Of a DNA stretch of 64,000 nucleotides, positions 41,556 through 55,460 are shown in pieces. The stretch is from an uncultured delta proteobacterium (GTDB taxonomy: Bacteria > Myxococcota > B64-G9): assembly GCA_963754925.1 (NCBI GenBank), contig CAVWHX010000009.1, positions 64,001-128,000 of the forward strand, given 5' to 3'. How positions within the stretch are numbered: position 1 is the stretch's first letter; each line of letters opens with the position of its first letter. Made by a program: the position numbers and the translations under genes. A model generated the notes under the pieces. It was not told the DNA's origin and made no database searches. It saw only the letters and a list, made by a program, of their open reading frames with translations.

Positions 41556-42293
41556 TTGAAAAAAATATTGGTATTGCTCTATCAGCCATATAAGTACCTT
41601 GTCTATATTCCTTTTCTGGTTTGTTCCACGTTGATATTCGGCGCAATCGCGACAATATTAGCCACTTTTGTAAATCAGAAGATCGGAAGCTTTATCGGAG
41701 GTGCTGTATGGTCGCGGCTGAACGGTTATATGACCCCCATTTTTGTAAAGGTCATTGGAAAAGAAAATATCGATAAGAGGCAATCCTACGTTATTGTATC
41801 AAACCACCAGAGCCATTTTGATATCTTTGTTTTGTATGGCTGGATCGGCGTTGATTTCAAGTGGGTGCTCAAACAGGAGCTTCGAAAAATTCCGGGCTTA
41901 GGGATCGGATGCGAGAAGGTAGGGCATATATTCATCGACCGGTCGAACCATGAAAAAGCCATTGCATCCATCAATGCGGCGAAGCAGAAGATCGTAAACG
42001 GCACCTCGGTACTTTTTTTTCCTGAAGGAACTAGATCGAAATCCGGGAGGTTGGGGGAGTTTAAGAAGGGCGCGTTTATTTTTGCAATTGATATCGGTGT
42101 GCCGATCCTGCCGGTAACGGTGATAAATACCGGCAGGATACTGCCGCCCCATACCTTGAACCTTTTACCGGGCAGGGCAAAGCTCATAATTCATAAAAAG
42201 ATGGATGTAACTGGCTACCGTGCCGAAAACATAAACGAGTTTTTGAGCAAGGCCAGGGAGACCATTCAGTCGGGGCTGGACCGCTACTCCTGA
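41556..42293 (+). CDS. plsC: 1-acyl-sn-glycerol-3-phosphate acyltransferase family
   Basis: NHQSHFD, FIDR, FPEGTRS. Confidence 0.88.
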   Translation: MKKILVLLYQPYKYLVYIPFLVCSTLIFGAIATILATFVNQKIGSFIGGAVWSRLNGYMTPIFVKVIGKENIDKRQSYVIVSNHQSHFDIFVLYGWIGVDFKWVLKQELRKIPGLGIGCEKVGHIFIDRSNHEKAIASINAAKQKIVNGTSVLFFPEGTRSKSGRLGEFKKGAFIFAIDIGVPILPVTVINTGRILPPHTLNLLPGRAKLIIHKKMDVTGYRAENINEFLSKARETIQSGLDRYS

Positions 42294-42328
42294 TGGGGGT
42301 ATTTGGAAGGAATAGTCGGCCAGAGATA

Positions 42329-42691
42329 CTACTTTTCCGACGATTCGAACACGCCGATCACGCCGCCGGTGGGGTCGGCTAGCACGGCGAAGGCGCCCAT
42401 CTCCGGAATCGGCGTCTTGTCCATAAGGATCTTTCCGCCGAGTTTGCGAGCTTTAGAGACGGTCTCTTCGACGCTGTCCACCATTACGTACGTGAGCCAT
42501 GCCGTTGGCATTTTCGGATTCGGTTTCTTCATGAGCCCGCCGCCCGGATCCTCACCTGTTTTGATCATGGTGTAGGCGCCCTCGGGCATGGGCAGGTCCT
42601 CAAAGGTCCAACTGAAGAGCTTGCCGTAAAAGGCCTTGGCTTTCGCAGGGTCATCTGTACTGAGCTCTACATGACAGAATGTATTTTTCAT
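42329..42691 (-). CDS. VOC/glyoxalase family protein
   Basis: HVEL, FYGKLFSW, LGGKI, DPTG. Confidence 0.9.
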   Translation of the reverse strand: MKNTFCHVELSTDDPAKAKAFYGKLFSWTFEDLPMPEGAYTMIKTGEDPGGGLMKKPNPKMPTAWLTYVMVDSVEETVSKARKLGGKILMDKTPIPEMGAFAVLADPTGGVIGVFESSEK

Positions 42692-42840
42692 TTTCTTGCT
42701 CCTTCGTCGCAAAGGGGACACGAGATCCCCGCACTGGTTTGAAATAGGAACGTATGTACGAACTCGGAACGTGTCAACGCGCTGGAGAAAACCAACATGA
42801 GAATTCTATGAGGGCTCCGTCATGAGGGAGAATTGGATTT

Positions 42841-43890
42841 TCAAAGAAATAGAATCTCTCCCGGCTGAATTATTTTGAGCTCCGCATCAAGCATTTTGGT
42901 TGAAGATAGTTCCTTGATACGCCGGAGTGGTTCGCCCGGCGGTTCGTCCGAAAGGTCAAAGGTGCCGTAGTGCATGGGAATAAAAACCTTGGCCTTGAGG
43001 TCATTGCTGGCTTTGGCAGCGTCGTCCGGCGACATATGGTTTTGCTTCATGATGTAATCGGGTTTGTAGGCGCCGATCGGCAGCAGCGCGATGTCTATGT
43101 TTGGGAAAAGCTTGGCTATCTGCGCAAAATGTGTCCCGTATGCCGAATCGCCGGCAAAATAAATGGTGCTGTTTTTGCCTTTGATAATGTAGCTGCCCCA
43201 AAGCACATGGTTTCTGTCATTGAGAGAACGCGCCGACCAGTGCCGCGCCGGAAGGAAATAAACCTCCGGGCCGTCGGTATGGTATTTTTGAAACCACCCG
43301 GCCTCTTCAACGGTTAGCGACGGATTGAAACCTCTCACGAGCCCACCCATGCGCAGCGGCAGCAGCGCCTTTGTCCCGGACAACTTGCTGTTTCTGATAG
43401 TGTATTTGTCGAGATGGTCGAAGTGCGTGTGCGATACCAGAAGATAATCAATCCCTTTTATATCTGTTACCTCAATCGCCCTATCGCATTTCCTCGTATT
43501 AAAAGTGGTATCGCCGACCACGGGGTCCAGCAGCAGGGTTTTTCCATCTATCCGTATAAGAAACGATGACTGGCCAAGCCAGACGATCATGTCTTCCTTC
43601 ATGCCGAATATTTGCGGTGCTCGGAGAACGGTGAGCCGGTAAGGATCGTTCTTCTTTTCCTCAGACTGCGGATTTGAAGAAAAAAGCCTCCATTGTATGA
43701 CTCGTGCGAATGAAAGGTCCATCTCGTAGTCGGGATCGCGGAACACGTTACCGTCACGGATATTCCCCGGATAACCTTCAAGAACCACCGGAAGCTTTTC
43801 ATTCCCGACATAGGTGACTGCAGCTTTTCTTTCAGACATGGTCGCACACGCCATAATTGCGGTTGATAAAATAATGATGAGCCATTTCAA
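42841..43890 (-). CDS. MBL-fold hydrolase (RomA/NAPE-PLD-like), probable TTG start
   Basis: SHTHFDHLD, PARHWS, FAGDS, PIGAY, PMHYGTF. Confidence 0.9.
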   Translation of the reverse strand: MKWLIIILSTAIMACATMSERKAAVTYVGNEKLPVVLEGYPGNIRDGNVFRDPDYEMDLSFARVIQWRLFSSNPQSEEKKNDPYRLTVLRAPQIFGMKEDMIVWLGQSSFLIRIDGKTLLLDPVVGDTTFNTRKCDRAIEVTDIKGIDYLLVSHTHFDHLDKYTIRNSKLSGTKALLPLRMGGLVRGFNPSLTVEEAGWFQKYHTDGPEVYFLPARHWSARSLNDRNHVLWGSYIIKGKNSTIYFAGDSAYGTHFAQIAKLFPNIDIALLPIGAYKPDYIMKQNHMSPDDAAKASNDLKAKVFIPMHYGTFDLSDEPPGEPLRRIKELSSTKMLDAELKIIQPGEILFL

Positions 43891-43912
43891 GGCAAACCCC
43901 GTGGGTGGTCGA

Positions 43913-44273
43913 TTAGCTCCGTCGCAATTCGTTTCCGACGGAGAACGCGTCGCCAAGTTTGTCGCCGATAGAATAATACGCCATACTACCGAATGAACCA
44001 AACAGCATTGGTCGCACCTTCTCGATGTCTGGAATTTGATTGGGATTGAGAACCTCGCTATCGGCGACCATTCCGACAATTTCCCCAATGAACATGGTAT
44101 GCAGGCCGAGATCGACCTGCTTGACCAGATTGCATTCAAGCGCATAGGGAAATTCTTTTAATTCCTCCCCAGGCGGCATTCATGATATTGGGCCTGCCAT
44201 CGGAGCCATACGTTCCTATGATGAGCACCGGAGAGGGGAGCAATATCGTTTGTGGTTGAAGGACGAGTTTCAT
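43913..44273 (-). pseudogene. Flavin reductase family gene with an internal deletion
   Basis: PSPVLIIGTY..NIMNAAWGG joined out of frame to KEFPYALEC..GLHTMFIGEI. Confidence 0.82.
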
Positions 44274-44346
44274 ACGTATCTCCTGGTATCGTGGTCGGCT
44301 ATCGCGAAGGCCTAGGTACCGGTTTTTTGCATCGCCAGGGCGGATC

Positions 44347-46674
44347 TCAGCTGCCCTGCGCATTCTCCAATACCTCTCGAATCTTGGCAGACAGATCCCC
44401 AGCGCTGAATGGTTTCTGAATGAAGGACACCCCGGTCTCCAGCACACCGTGGTGGGCGATGATATCGGCTGTGTAACCCGACATGAATAGGCACCTAACT
44501 CCCGGGTAAAGGGACAGCACGTTCTTCGCCAGGTCGCGGCCGTTCATTTCGGGCATCACAACGTCGCTCAGGAGCAGGTGGATGTCACCCAGGTGCTCAC
44601 GAGCAACGCGGATCGCTTCACCTGGAGTGCGCGTCGCCAACACGCGGTATCCGAGCTCCTTGAGCAGTCTCGTGATCAACCTCAAGATCGCAGACTCGTC
44701 CTCCACTACCAGGATGGTCTCACGGCCCGACCGTGTCGGACGTGCTTGCTCTGCCCCCGCCTGGGCGGCCTTGGACACGTACCGGGGCAGGTAGATCGTA
44801 AACGTCGTGCCCTGCTGCGGCGCACTGGTGACGGTGATAATGCCGTTGTTCTGCTTGACGATTCCATACACCGTAGCCAGCCCGAGTCCAGTGCCCTTGC
44901 CCCCGCTTTTGGTGGTGAAGAACGGCTCGAAGATGCGCTTCTGCGTCTCTGCGTCCATGCCGCAACCGTTATCGCTCATGCACACCTGCACGTAGTCCCC
45001 GAGCACGAACCCCGGGTTACTGGTGCAGAAATTCTCATCGATGCTTCGGTTGGAAGTCTCGATGCTGACCGTGCCAATGTCGGCGATGGCGTCACGCGCG
45101 TTGACGCACAGATTGGTCAATATCTGGTCAACCTGGGAAGGGTCTATGAGGACCGGCCACAGGCCCGACCCCGGGTGCCAGGAGAGCGCGAGGTTCTCGC
45201 CCAGAATCCGACGGAGAATCTTGAGCAGGCCCCCAATAGACTCGTTCAGGTCGAGCGCCCGGGGGGCGATCGTCTGTCTGCGTGCAAACGCCAGCAGTTG
45301 TTGCGTAAGTTCCGCCGAACGGTTGGCTGCCGTGCGGATGTCGGTCAGGTCGCCATAGAGCGAGAGAGACGGGTCCACCGTCCCGATGGCATGCTGCACA
45401 CTCATCTGGATGATGCTGAGCATGTTGTTGAAATCGTGTGCCACTCCGCCCGCGAGACGTCCGATCGACTCCATCTTCTGGGATTGGCGGAGCTGGTTTT
45501 CGAGATCCTCCTTTTGTGCCCGCGCCCGCTCACGCTCCGTGACATCTCTGGCTACGCCGAGAATATGTGGCACGTTGCCTATGAACAGGTTGTTGATGGA
45601 GAGCGAGACCCGGATCCGATCGCCGTTCTTGTTCCTGCCCCACATTTCCAGGTCCTTCACGAACCCCTTTTCCTTGAGCTGGGAGAGCAAGCGAGTTCGA
45701 TCACTTGGGTCTTCGTACAGATTCAGATCCAGAGACGTCTTCCCGATAGCTTCATCGCGCTCGTAGCCAAAAACACTGACGAATTGGTTGTTGATATCGA
45801 CGACCCGGCCTTCGTCGCGAGCGGCAATGTAGATCGCATCCAGGCCGGTCATAAACGCCTTTTTGAACTTCTCCTCGCTCACGCTGAGCGCCTCCTCGGC
45901 CCGTACGCGCTCGGTGACGTCGAGCATGGATCCTATCATCCGTATGGCGTTACCTCGATCATCGCGCAGCACATAGCCGCGATCGAGGACCTCAGCCCAG
46001 CTTCCGTCAGCCTTTTGAAATCGATATTCGTCATGCCATCGGTCTTGCGCCGGGTCGTTCACCACGGCGAAGAAATTCCGATCTACCCTGTCCCGGTCGT
46101 CCGGGTGGACGCGCTCCACCCACCAGGCAGCATTCTGCGGCTGCGTTACAATATCGGTCCAACCAAAAACCTCCGTTCCGGATTCATTCCATTGTTGCGC
46201 GTCAGCAACAATATCCCAGTCCCAGATTACCTCTCTCGTGGCTTTGCTCGCCAGCCGTAGTCGCTCGGACATCTCTCGGTATGCCGCTTCTGCACGCACG
46301 CGCTCGGAAATGTCGCGAACGACGCTCAGCAAGATGCGCTCGCCGCCGAGTGTCGCGCCCCGCGAGCTCACCTCGACGGGGAAGGTGGTCCCGTTTTTCC
46401 TCCGGTGAACGGTTTCGAACCGCGTCCCGGCGGCGTCAGCCAAGGCCATCTGGCCTGTGATCGCGCCCTGGGTCTCCGGAGCGCGAAGCTTCCGGACTGA
46501 GAGAGAGAGCAACTCTTCGCGGCTGTAACCGTAGGCGCTGAGGGCGGCGGCGTTGGCGCCAAGGATGCAGGTATCGTGTGGCGCGACGAGGAGAACGATG
46601 TCCGGCAGGAACTCGATCAGCTCCTCGATGCGCTGCTGGCTCTGAGTCGTGCTCGTTTCACCATTGGACGGCAT
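44347..46674 (-). CDS. Multi-PAS hybrid histidine kinase / receiver
   Basis: Three PAS domains, AHDFNN, NARDA, FFTTK, GTGLGL, C-terminal receiver. Confidence 0.94.
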   Translation of the reverse strand: MPSNGETSTTQSQQRIEELIEFLPDIVLLVAPHDTCILGANAAALSAYGYSREELLSLSVRKLRAPETQGAITGQMALADAAGTRFETVHRRKNGTTFPVEVSSRGATLGGERILLSVVRDISERVRAEAAYREMSERLRLASKATREVIWDWDIVADAQQWNESGTEVFGWTDIVTQPQNAAWWVERVHPDDRDRVDRNFFAVVNDPAQDRWHDEYRFQKADGSWAEVLDRGYVLRDDRGNAIRMIGSMLDVTERVRAEEALSVSEEKFKKAFMTGLDAIYIAARDEGRVVDINNQFVSVFGYERDEAIGKTSLDLNLYEDPSDRTRLLSQLKEKGFVKDLEMWGRNKNGDRIRVSLSINNLFIGNVPHILGVARDVTERERARAQKEDLENQLRQSQKMESIGRLAGGVAHDFNNMLSIIQMSVQHAIGTVDPSLSLYGDLTDIRTAANRSAELTQQLLAFARRQTIAPRALDLNESIGGLLKILRRILGENLALSWHPGSGLWPVLIDPSQVDQILTNLCVNARDAIADIGTVSIETSNRSIDENFCTSNPGFVLGDYVQVCMSDNGCGMDAETQKRIFEPFFTTKSGGKGTGLGLATVYGIVKQNNGIITVTSAPQQGTTFTIYLPRYVSKAAQAGAEQARPTRSGRETILVVEDESAILRLITRLLKELGYRVLATRTPGEAIRVAREHLGDIHLLLSDVVMPEMNGRDLAKNVLSLYPGVRCLFMSGYTADIIAHHGVLETGVSFIQKPFSAGDLSAKIREVLENAQGS

Positions 46675-46888
46675 GCAAACTCCCCCTTTGAGTTTGGCCG
46701 AGCACGCCAGCCTCACGACGTTGCGAGGCAGCGATCTCCAAGAATTATACGTCATGAGCGTGACGTTTACCAAAAGATACTGTTCGAATGAAATAACGAG
46801 TTATCAGCCAGGGACAGACCCCCGCCTCGCTCCCATTCGGTCGCGATCCGGTAAGAACGTGTTTGAGTCCTTGTCCCTACGGGCCAAG

Positions 46889-46948
46889 GATAATAACTTC
46901 TAACTGCCTCACTTCCTTCCAGTCGTGAGTCGGTAAGAAGTTATTATC
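46889..46948. repeat. Long hairpin with 13-bp perfect arms
   Basis: GATAATAACTTCT ... AGAAGTTATTATC, inner CTCAC/GTGAG. Confidence 0.75.
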
Positions 46949-46987
46949 AAATTGCATTAACCTTGCTCTTTCGTTAATATCGGGATC

Positions 46988-47899
46988 ATGAATGACTCGA
47001 TCATCGTTGTGGCGGGAGCTACCGGTAATCTCGGCGGACGCATCGCGAGAGCTTTGCGCGAACGGGGAGCCAGCGTACGAGCGCTTGTTCGCCACGGCAC
47101 AGCGCGAGAGAAAATTGAGCAACTGCAGGAGCTCGGCGTAGCGATTGCCCGTGTCGACTTGAGCAGCGCTTCCGAAGTGACACCGGCATGCTCGGGTGCG
47201 TCCTGCGTGGTGTCCGCGCTGCAGGGATTGCGGAACGTAATCGTGGAAACGCAAACGGCTCTACTCGACGCCGCGATCAAGGCCAACGTGCTCCGTTTCA
47301 TTCCGTCCGACTACTCGATCGATTTCACCAAGTTTCCACCCGGAGAGAATCGCAATCTCGATCTGCGCCGAGACTTCCACCAGCGCCTGGACAAGACTTC
47401 GATTTCAGCAACCACGATCTTCAATGGTGCGTTTACCGATATGCTGACCGGTCAGATGCCGCTCATTCTCTTCAAACTGAAACGAGTCCTCTATTGGGGA
47501 GATGCCGACCAGCGCATGGACTTCACGACGATGGACGACACGGCTGCATTCACGGCAAGCGCGGCTCTTGATCCGTCCACCCCTCGCATGCTACGAATCG
47601 CTGGCGATCAACTCAGCGCCCGGGAGCTGACAGCGGTCGCTCGTGAGGTAACCGGAAAGAAGTTCCGCCTGTTTCGCGCCGGAGGTCTGGGAATGCTCGG
47701 CACGCTTATCAAGGTCGCGCGCACGGTCGCGCCCGGAGAAAAGGACCTTTTTCCGGCATGGCAGGGCATGCAGTACATGCGGAACATGTTCGACGGCCGG
47801 GCAAAGCTAGAGCCGCTCGACAATGATCGATATCTCCGCATGCGTTGGACGACTGCGCGGGACGTGCTCTCAGCGCATCAAGTAAGGCGCCCATCGTAA
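46988..47899 (+). CDS. NmrA-family NAD(P)-binding protein
   Basis: VAGATGNLG, RFIPSDY. Confidence 0.9.
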   Translation: MNDSIIVVAGATGNLGGRIARALRERGASVRALVRHGTAREKIEQLQELGVAIARVDLSSASEVTPACSGASCVVSALQGLRNVIVETQTALLDAAIKANVLRFIPSDYSIDFTKFPPGENRNLDLRRDFHQRLDKTSISATTIFNGAFTDMLTGQMPLILFKLKRVLYWGDADQRMDFTTMDDTAAFTASAALDPSTPRMLRIAGDQLSARELTAVAREVTGKKFRLFRAGGLGMLGTLIKVARTVAPGEKDLFPAWQGMQYMRNMFDGRAKLEPLDNDRYLRMRWTTARDVLSAHQVRRPS

Positions 47900-48061
47900 A
47901 TTCTGTTGCCAGCTTTCGCATCGAGAGGATCAGGTCAACGATTCGTATCTTTAGGCAATAATTTCTCCGCGGCGCTTGTTATATTGCAGGGTGCGCTCAC
48001 CGAGGGTGAGCGCGGGAGCGACTTGGGTATCAGTGAATATTGTATATAGGAGGATAAATCC

Positions 48062-49120
48062 ATGTTAAACGCGAAAGCTTACTCCGCTGCCGGTGAGAGA
48101 TCGCCGCTTGCCCCCACCACGATCGCGCGGCGCGATCCGACCAAACACGACGTTCAGATCGAAATCCTCTTCTGCGGCATCTGCCACTCCGATCTCCACC
48201 AAGTCCGTAACGAATGGGCCAACCTCATGCCCACGGTCTACCCGATTGTCCCGGGCCATGAGATCGTCGGCCGTGTCACCAAGGTCGGCTCGGCGGTCAC
48301 CGCGTTCAAGCCCGGTGACCTCGCCGCGGTCGGCTGCATGGTCGACTCGGACGGTACCTGCGACCATTGCAAAGCCGGCTTTGAGCAGTTCTGCCCGACC
48401 ATGACCCTCACCTTCAACTCCCCGGACAAACACCTCGGGGGCGTCACCTATGGCGGCTACTCCGATAGCGTGGTCGTCAATGAACGCTTTGTCCTGCACG
48501 TCCCCTCCAACCTCGCTCTCGCCGGTGCCGCGCCACTCCTCTGCGCCGGGATCACGACCTACTCGCCCATGCGCCGCTGGGGCGTCGCACAGGGCAAGAA
48601 CGTCGGCGTGGTTGGTCTTGGCGGACTGGGGCACATGGGCGTAAAGTTTGCTCATGCGTTTGGAGCCCACGTCGTCGTCTTCACCACCTCGCCCGGCAAG
48701 AAGGAAGACGCGCTCCGCCTCGGCGCCGACGAAGTCGTCGTCTCCCGCGATGCCAACGAGATGCGGAAGCACGCCGGTAGCTTCGACTTCATCCTCGACG
48801 CCGTCGCCGCCGATCACGACATCAACGCCTATATCAACCTGCTCCGCCGCGACGGCACCTTGACCCTGGTCGGCGCGCCGGCGAAGCCTCTCGCGGTCGC
48901 TGCCTTCGGCCTTCTGTTCGGACGTCGCAATCTCTCCGGCTCGCTCATAGGCGGCATCGCTGAAACCCAGGAGATGCTCGACTTTTGCGGGGCACAGAGC
49001 ATCACCGCCGATGTCGAAGTCATCCCCATCCAGAAGGTCAATGAAGCCTACGAAAGAATGCTCAAGTCCGATGTGAAGTACCGCTTCTCCATCGACATGG
49101 CTTCTCTCAGATCTCAATAA
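48062..49120 (+). CDS. Zn-dependent NAD(P)H alcohol dehydrogenase (CAD/YahK type)
   Basis: CGICHSD, GHE, PLLCAG, GLGGLG, DVKYRF. Confidence 0.95.
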   Translation: MLNAKAYSAAGERSPLAPTTIARRDPTKHDVQIEILFCGICHSDLHQVRNEWANLMPTVYPIVPGHEIVGRVTKVGSAVTAFKPGDLAAVGCMVDSDGTCDHCKAGFEQFCPTMTLTFNSPDKHLGGVTYGGYSDSVVVNERFVLHVPSNLALAGAAPLLCAGITTYSPMRRWGVAQGKNVGVVGLGGLGHMGVKFAHAFGAHVVVFTTSPGKKEDALRLGADEVVVSRDANEMRKHAGSFDFILDAVAADHDINAYINLLRRDGTLTLVGAPAKPLAVAAFGLLFGRRNLSGSLIGGIAETQEMLDFCGAQSITADVEVIPIQKVNEAYERMLKSDVKYRFSIDMASLRSQ

Positions 49121-49129
49121 CTCGCGTGA

Positions 49130-50143
<1,014 letters not shown>

Positions 50144-50199
50144 CGGCATCGCCAGGGGCGGCGCTTTCCGAGAGACTCGCCTAAGGAGGTGCGTAGCTT

Positions 50200-50760
50200 T
50201 TACTCCCACACCCCGTGAAACTTACAATACGGCGCTCCCTCTGATACGCACTCAAGCTCCTTCATTTCTACGACTTTGAAACCGGTCATTTCGGCAACAC
50301 CATGAAAATAACCGCGCATCCCATTACAAAACGGCTTGCTCTGGGTAGGAAAATCCTTTATATAAACAAAGGCACTATTAGCGCTCTCCTTTTCCACTTC
50401 CAGCTTGCCATGCGTATGAACAAGACCCCACATTTTTGCGGAAGTTTTAAGCATGAAATTCACATTCAATAATTTTATTAATGGCATATAGAATTTTGAT
50501 ACGCTCTTTTTAGCTTGATAGAGTCCTAATTGATATAAAGTTTCTTCGGGCGAAGGAGCAAATTTATCAATCGCCAAAAAAATATTACGGTAGGTTTCTT
50601 CAGGGAACCAGGCGGTCGACAGAATTTCTTTATCAACTTCAGTCTTATCGCTATTACTAAGGCTATCGATAACTTTTTGCCAAATTTCGGCGCCGAACCG
50701 TTCAACAACAAACTCCCGGCTGGAAGTAACGCACCAAGCCTTAACCATCGGTTGATCCAT
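50200..50760 (-). CDS. V4R/H-NOX-like small-ligand-binding protein
   Basis: FG...W, WFP, C-terminal C..G...C..(W) pattern. Confidence 0.55.
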   Translation of the reverse strand: MDQPMVKAWCVTSSREFVVERFGAEIWQKVIDSLSNSDKTEVDKEILSTAWFPEETYRNIFLAIDKFAPSPEETLYQLGLYQAKKSVSKFYMPLIKLLNVNFMLKTSAKMWGLVHTHGKLEVEKESANSAFVYIKDFPTQSKPFCNGMRGYFHGVAEMTGFKVVEMKELECVSEGAPYCKFHGVWE

Positions 50761-51086
50761 TGATATTTACCCCCATGGAAATTATTTGATCGCGCGTAGA
50801 TGATAAAAAAACCTTGAAAACTATTTCTATTGCCGGCTATTTCCAGACTCTGTGATACTTACGATAGGGATCGCATGCATAGGAAATTCAAACGCACTTT
50901 TGATCCCTTCACACTCTTCATTTCCAATAAAGCGTAGGACAGCGCTCTCTGAACTATAGTCCTATGTTTAACTCTCAAAACATCGCTGAGTCAACGATTG
51001 TGTCGGAGTAGGAATCATGATTGCCCACGCGCGGTTATGGCAGGCCCCGGTTTAGTTATTGGCGGGGACAGGGCCGCAGCAAGTGG

Positions 51087-51449
51087 TCAACCCGGAGGGG
51101 CTTTTTCTTCCTTTTCCTTCTTGGGCTTCTTTTCCTTAGGCGGCTTCGGGGCCTTGGGCTGGTCAGCCTCCTTAGCGGGCTTCCCCTCCTTAGCGGGCTT
51201 CCCCTCCTTAGCGGGCTTCTCCTCCTTGGCGGGCTTCTCGACCTGCTCGTTCTTGGGCGGCTCCCACTGTAGGGATTCGATGGATCGCTTGACCTTCCGA
51301 GCCTCGGCCAGAAGGTGACGCATCATCGAGTTTTTCTGGATGACCTTCTCATCCAGTCCTCTTTCCTTCAGAACCTTCTTGTGGGCCTCAACCTGGGCCT
51401 TCACCAGGTTCAGTCGGTTTTCCCGCGCTTCCAGTTTCCTACTATTCAT
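51087..51449 (-). CDS. Basic hypothetical protein with a KPAKE repeat tail
   Basis: Lys-rich; GAGG RBS. Confidence 0.7.
   Translation of the reverse strand: MNSRKLEARENRLNLVKAQVEAHKKVLKERGLDEKVIQKNSMMRHLLAEARKVKRSIESLQWEPPKNEQVEKPAKEEKPAKEGKPAKEGKPAKEADQPKAPKPPKEKKPKKEKEEKAPPG
51167..51238. repeat. 4 x 18-bp coding tandem repeat
   Basis: CCTCCTT(A/G)GCGGGCTTC(C/T) four times. Confidence 0.9.
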
Positions 51450-51638
51450 GGGTGACCTCTCTCGCGAAATTATCGACGTTCAAAACGCCCCACCCTATGA
51501 TGATCCCGGTTAGCTTGTCAAAGCCTTCCTTCGTTAACAAAAATGCCCACCGAGGGGTGAGCATTGACTATTTTGTCCTTACCCTATGGGCCAAGGCTAC
51601 GGGACCATCAACTCGGAGTAGCACTTGGTATAGCTCCA

Positions 51639-52214
51639 TTATTTAAACAACTTCGGGATCAGCATCGGTGTTTTTCTTTTATATTCACGGTAGGTTTCGC
51701 CAAGACGTTTTTCCAGTTCAGGTTCTTCAATAAATTTAAATTCAAGAACACTGCAGACCACAAAGATCGGCGCAAAAACAAACAGCAGGGATAGAGATTC
51801 TATAATAAACCCAATTCCGAAGAGGATGAAAAATATACCTGTCAGCATCGGGTTTCTTGCGTAAGCGTAGGGGCCGGTATTGACAAGTTTGGGGGGTGGG
51901 TTGACAGGTACGGGGGTTCCCTTCGCTTTCATAAAATGCAGGACTGACCATATCCACAGAAAAGCGCCAATTATAAGCAGTGGTATGGAAAGAATATAAT
52001 CCCCGGGATATCGGACAGGTCCGGAAAAATTGAAAACCCCGTCGACCTTCAGCGCAAGAAATACCGTCAGTAAAACAACGGAAAGGAAAAGTGCGGCAAA
52101 GATAGGCGTAAAGATTATCCGTATATTCCGTGCCCCTGTTACCACCCGATAAATGAAATCTACGACGATTTTCATGTCCTGATGCCTAACGAGCTTGTCG
52201 AAAAACTCCGTCAA
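51639..52214 (-). CDS. Isoprenylcysteine carboxyl-methyltransferase / PEMT family membrane protein
   Basis: GTPVP, GPYAYARNPM, EEPELEKRLGETY. Confidence 0.88.
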   Translation of the reverse strand: MTEFFDKLVRHQDMKIVVDFIYRVVTGARNIRIIFTPIFAALFLSVVLLTVFLALKVDGVFNFSGPVRYPGDYILSIPLLIIGAFLWIWSVLHFMKAKGTPVPVNPPPKLVNTGPYAYARNPMLTGIFFILFGIGFIIESLSLLFVFAPIFVVCSVLEFKFIEEPELEKRLGETYREYKRKTPMLIPKLFK

Positions 52215-52262
52215 TTGTTAAAACTATAAAATTTAGACCATCAAAACACAAGCCTCTGCTCG

Positions 52263-52616
52263 TCAGGGTTTTAAAGCAGCCTCGCCCTTCTTTATCCTGT
52301 CTCGCACGATCAGGTACCATGGGAATCCAATAATCCAAAGGCCGCAAAGCCCAATGAACAAAACCACCGGTCCGTACGATATGCCGGTCTTGTACTTCTT
52401 GAGGCCGATTCGGACTGAGTCACGAGACGCCCACAAGGCGGTTACTCCTATCATTAGGATTGTGAATACATGGTACGTTATTTTCCCGATCAGAACACCT
52501 TCTGCCTTCGACGCCGGTTTAGTAATGAAGACAATAACAATGCAGGTGAGAAAAATGGCTAGGAATTCGACCAGAAATATTCCGGCGGTAATCAACAGGG
52601 CCTTTATTACTCTCAT
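52263..52616 (-). CDS. Hypothetical membrane protein
   Basis: Three hydrophobic segments; LWIIGFPWYL. Confidence 0.65.
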   Translation of the reverse strand: MRVIKALLITAGIFLVEFLAIFLTCIVIVFITKPASKAEGVLIGKITYHVFTILMIGVTALWASRDSVRIGLKKYKTGISYGPVVLFIGLCGLWIIGFPWYLIVRDRIKKGEAALKP

Positions 52617-52890
52617 AAGTTATTTTCCCCCGATTGCCAACCTGCATACCAGTCATATTCCAAAAAGATCTTCCAAACAAATCTATGAGCGTTGTCGCCT
52701 CACTCCGAGTCTTATCGAGCTGCGAGAAGAAGCGCACGACGCCTATCCGGCCCGAGAAACGAGCAAAGTCAACGCCCAACTACGTTCCACTCAATCAGAT
52801 AATAGGCTCTCCGCATGCTCACGGTACGAGGCGAGTTTCATTTTGTTATTGCATTGGTTGGGATTAGTCAAACCGCAAGGCGTTGTTAAG

Positions 52891-52917
52891 AAAAAGGCCC
52901 ACCATCCGGTGGGCCTT
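52891..52917 (-). terminator. Intrinsic terminator
   Basis: AAGGCCCACC/GGTGGGCCTT stem followed by a T run on the minus strand. Confidence 0.7.
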
Positions 52918-53052
52918 CTGGTTTATTATCTCCCCAGGCTAGACGATTATCGAACCGCGATAATGGAGATGGGGGCGGCGTGAAAAAGGGTTGCCGATAC
53001 CATCCTCCATCCCTTGTTTGTTTTGCTACATCAATCCCTCGAGGGACGACTA

Positions 53053-53151
53053 CTACTTCTTGACCTCGATCAGGGGAATATCCATTACCTTAGCCACGCC
53101 CTCTCCGTAGGCATCGTCCGCCTTGAGTCAGTTGCCGATGTGGCGCAGCTT
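53053..53151 (-). pseudogene. katA: Probable C-terminal remnant of a monofunctional heme catalase
   Basis: KLRHIGN*LKADDAYGEGVAKVMDIPLIEVKK* resembles catalase C-termini (RHI.NC.KAD.AYG.GVA). Confidence 0.7.
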
Positions 53152-53161
53152 GTCGCCGCGC

Positions 53162-55443
<2,282 letters not shown>

Positions 55444-55460
55444 TTACTCCTTTCCTTGCT

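Noticed and set aside
44578..46260. 560-aa plus-strand ORF
   Set aside because: Antisense shadow of the hybrid kinase; no motifs.
48065..49117. 350-aa minus-strand ORF
   Set aside because: Codon-aligned antisense shadow of the alcohol dehydrogenase.
53128..53130. TGA at a Cys position as selenocysteine
   Set aside because: It is in a gene fragment with no start; a TGY to TGA mutation is simpler.
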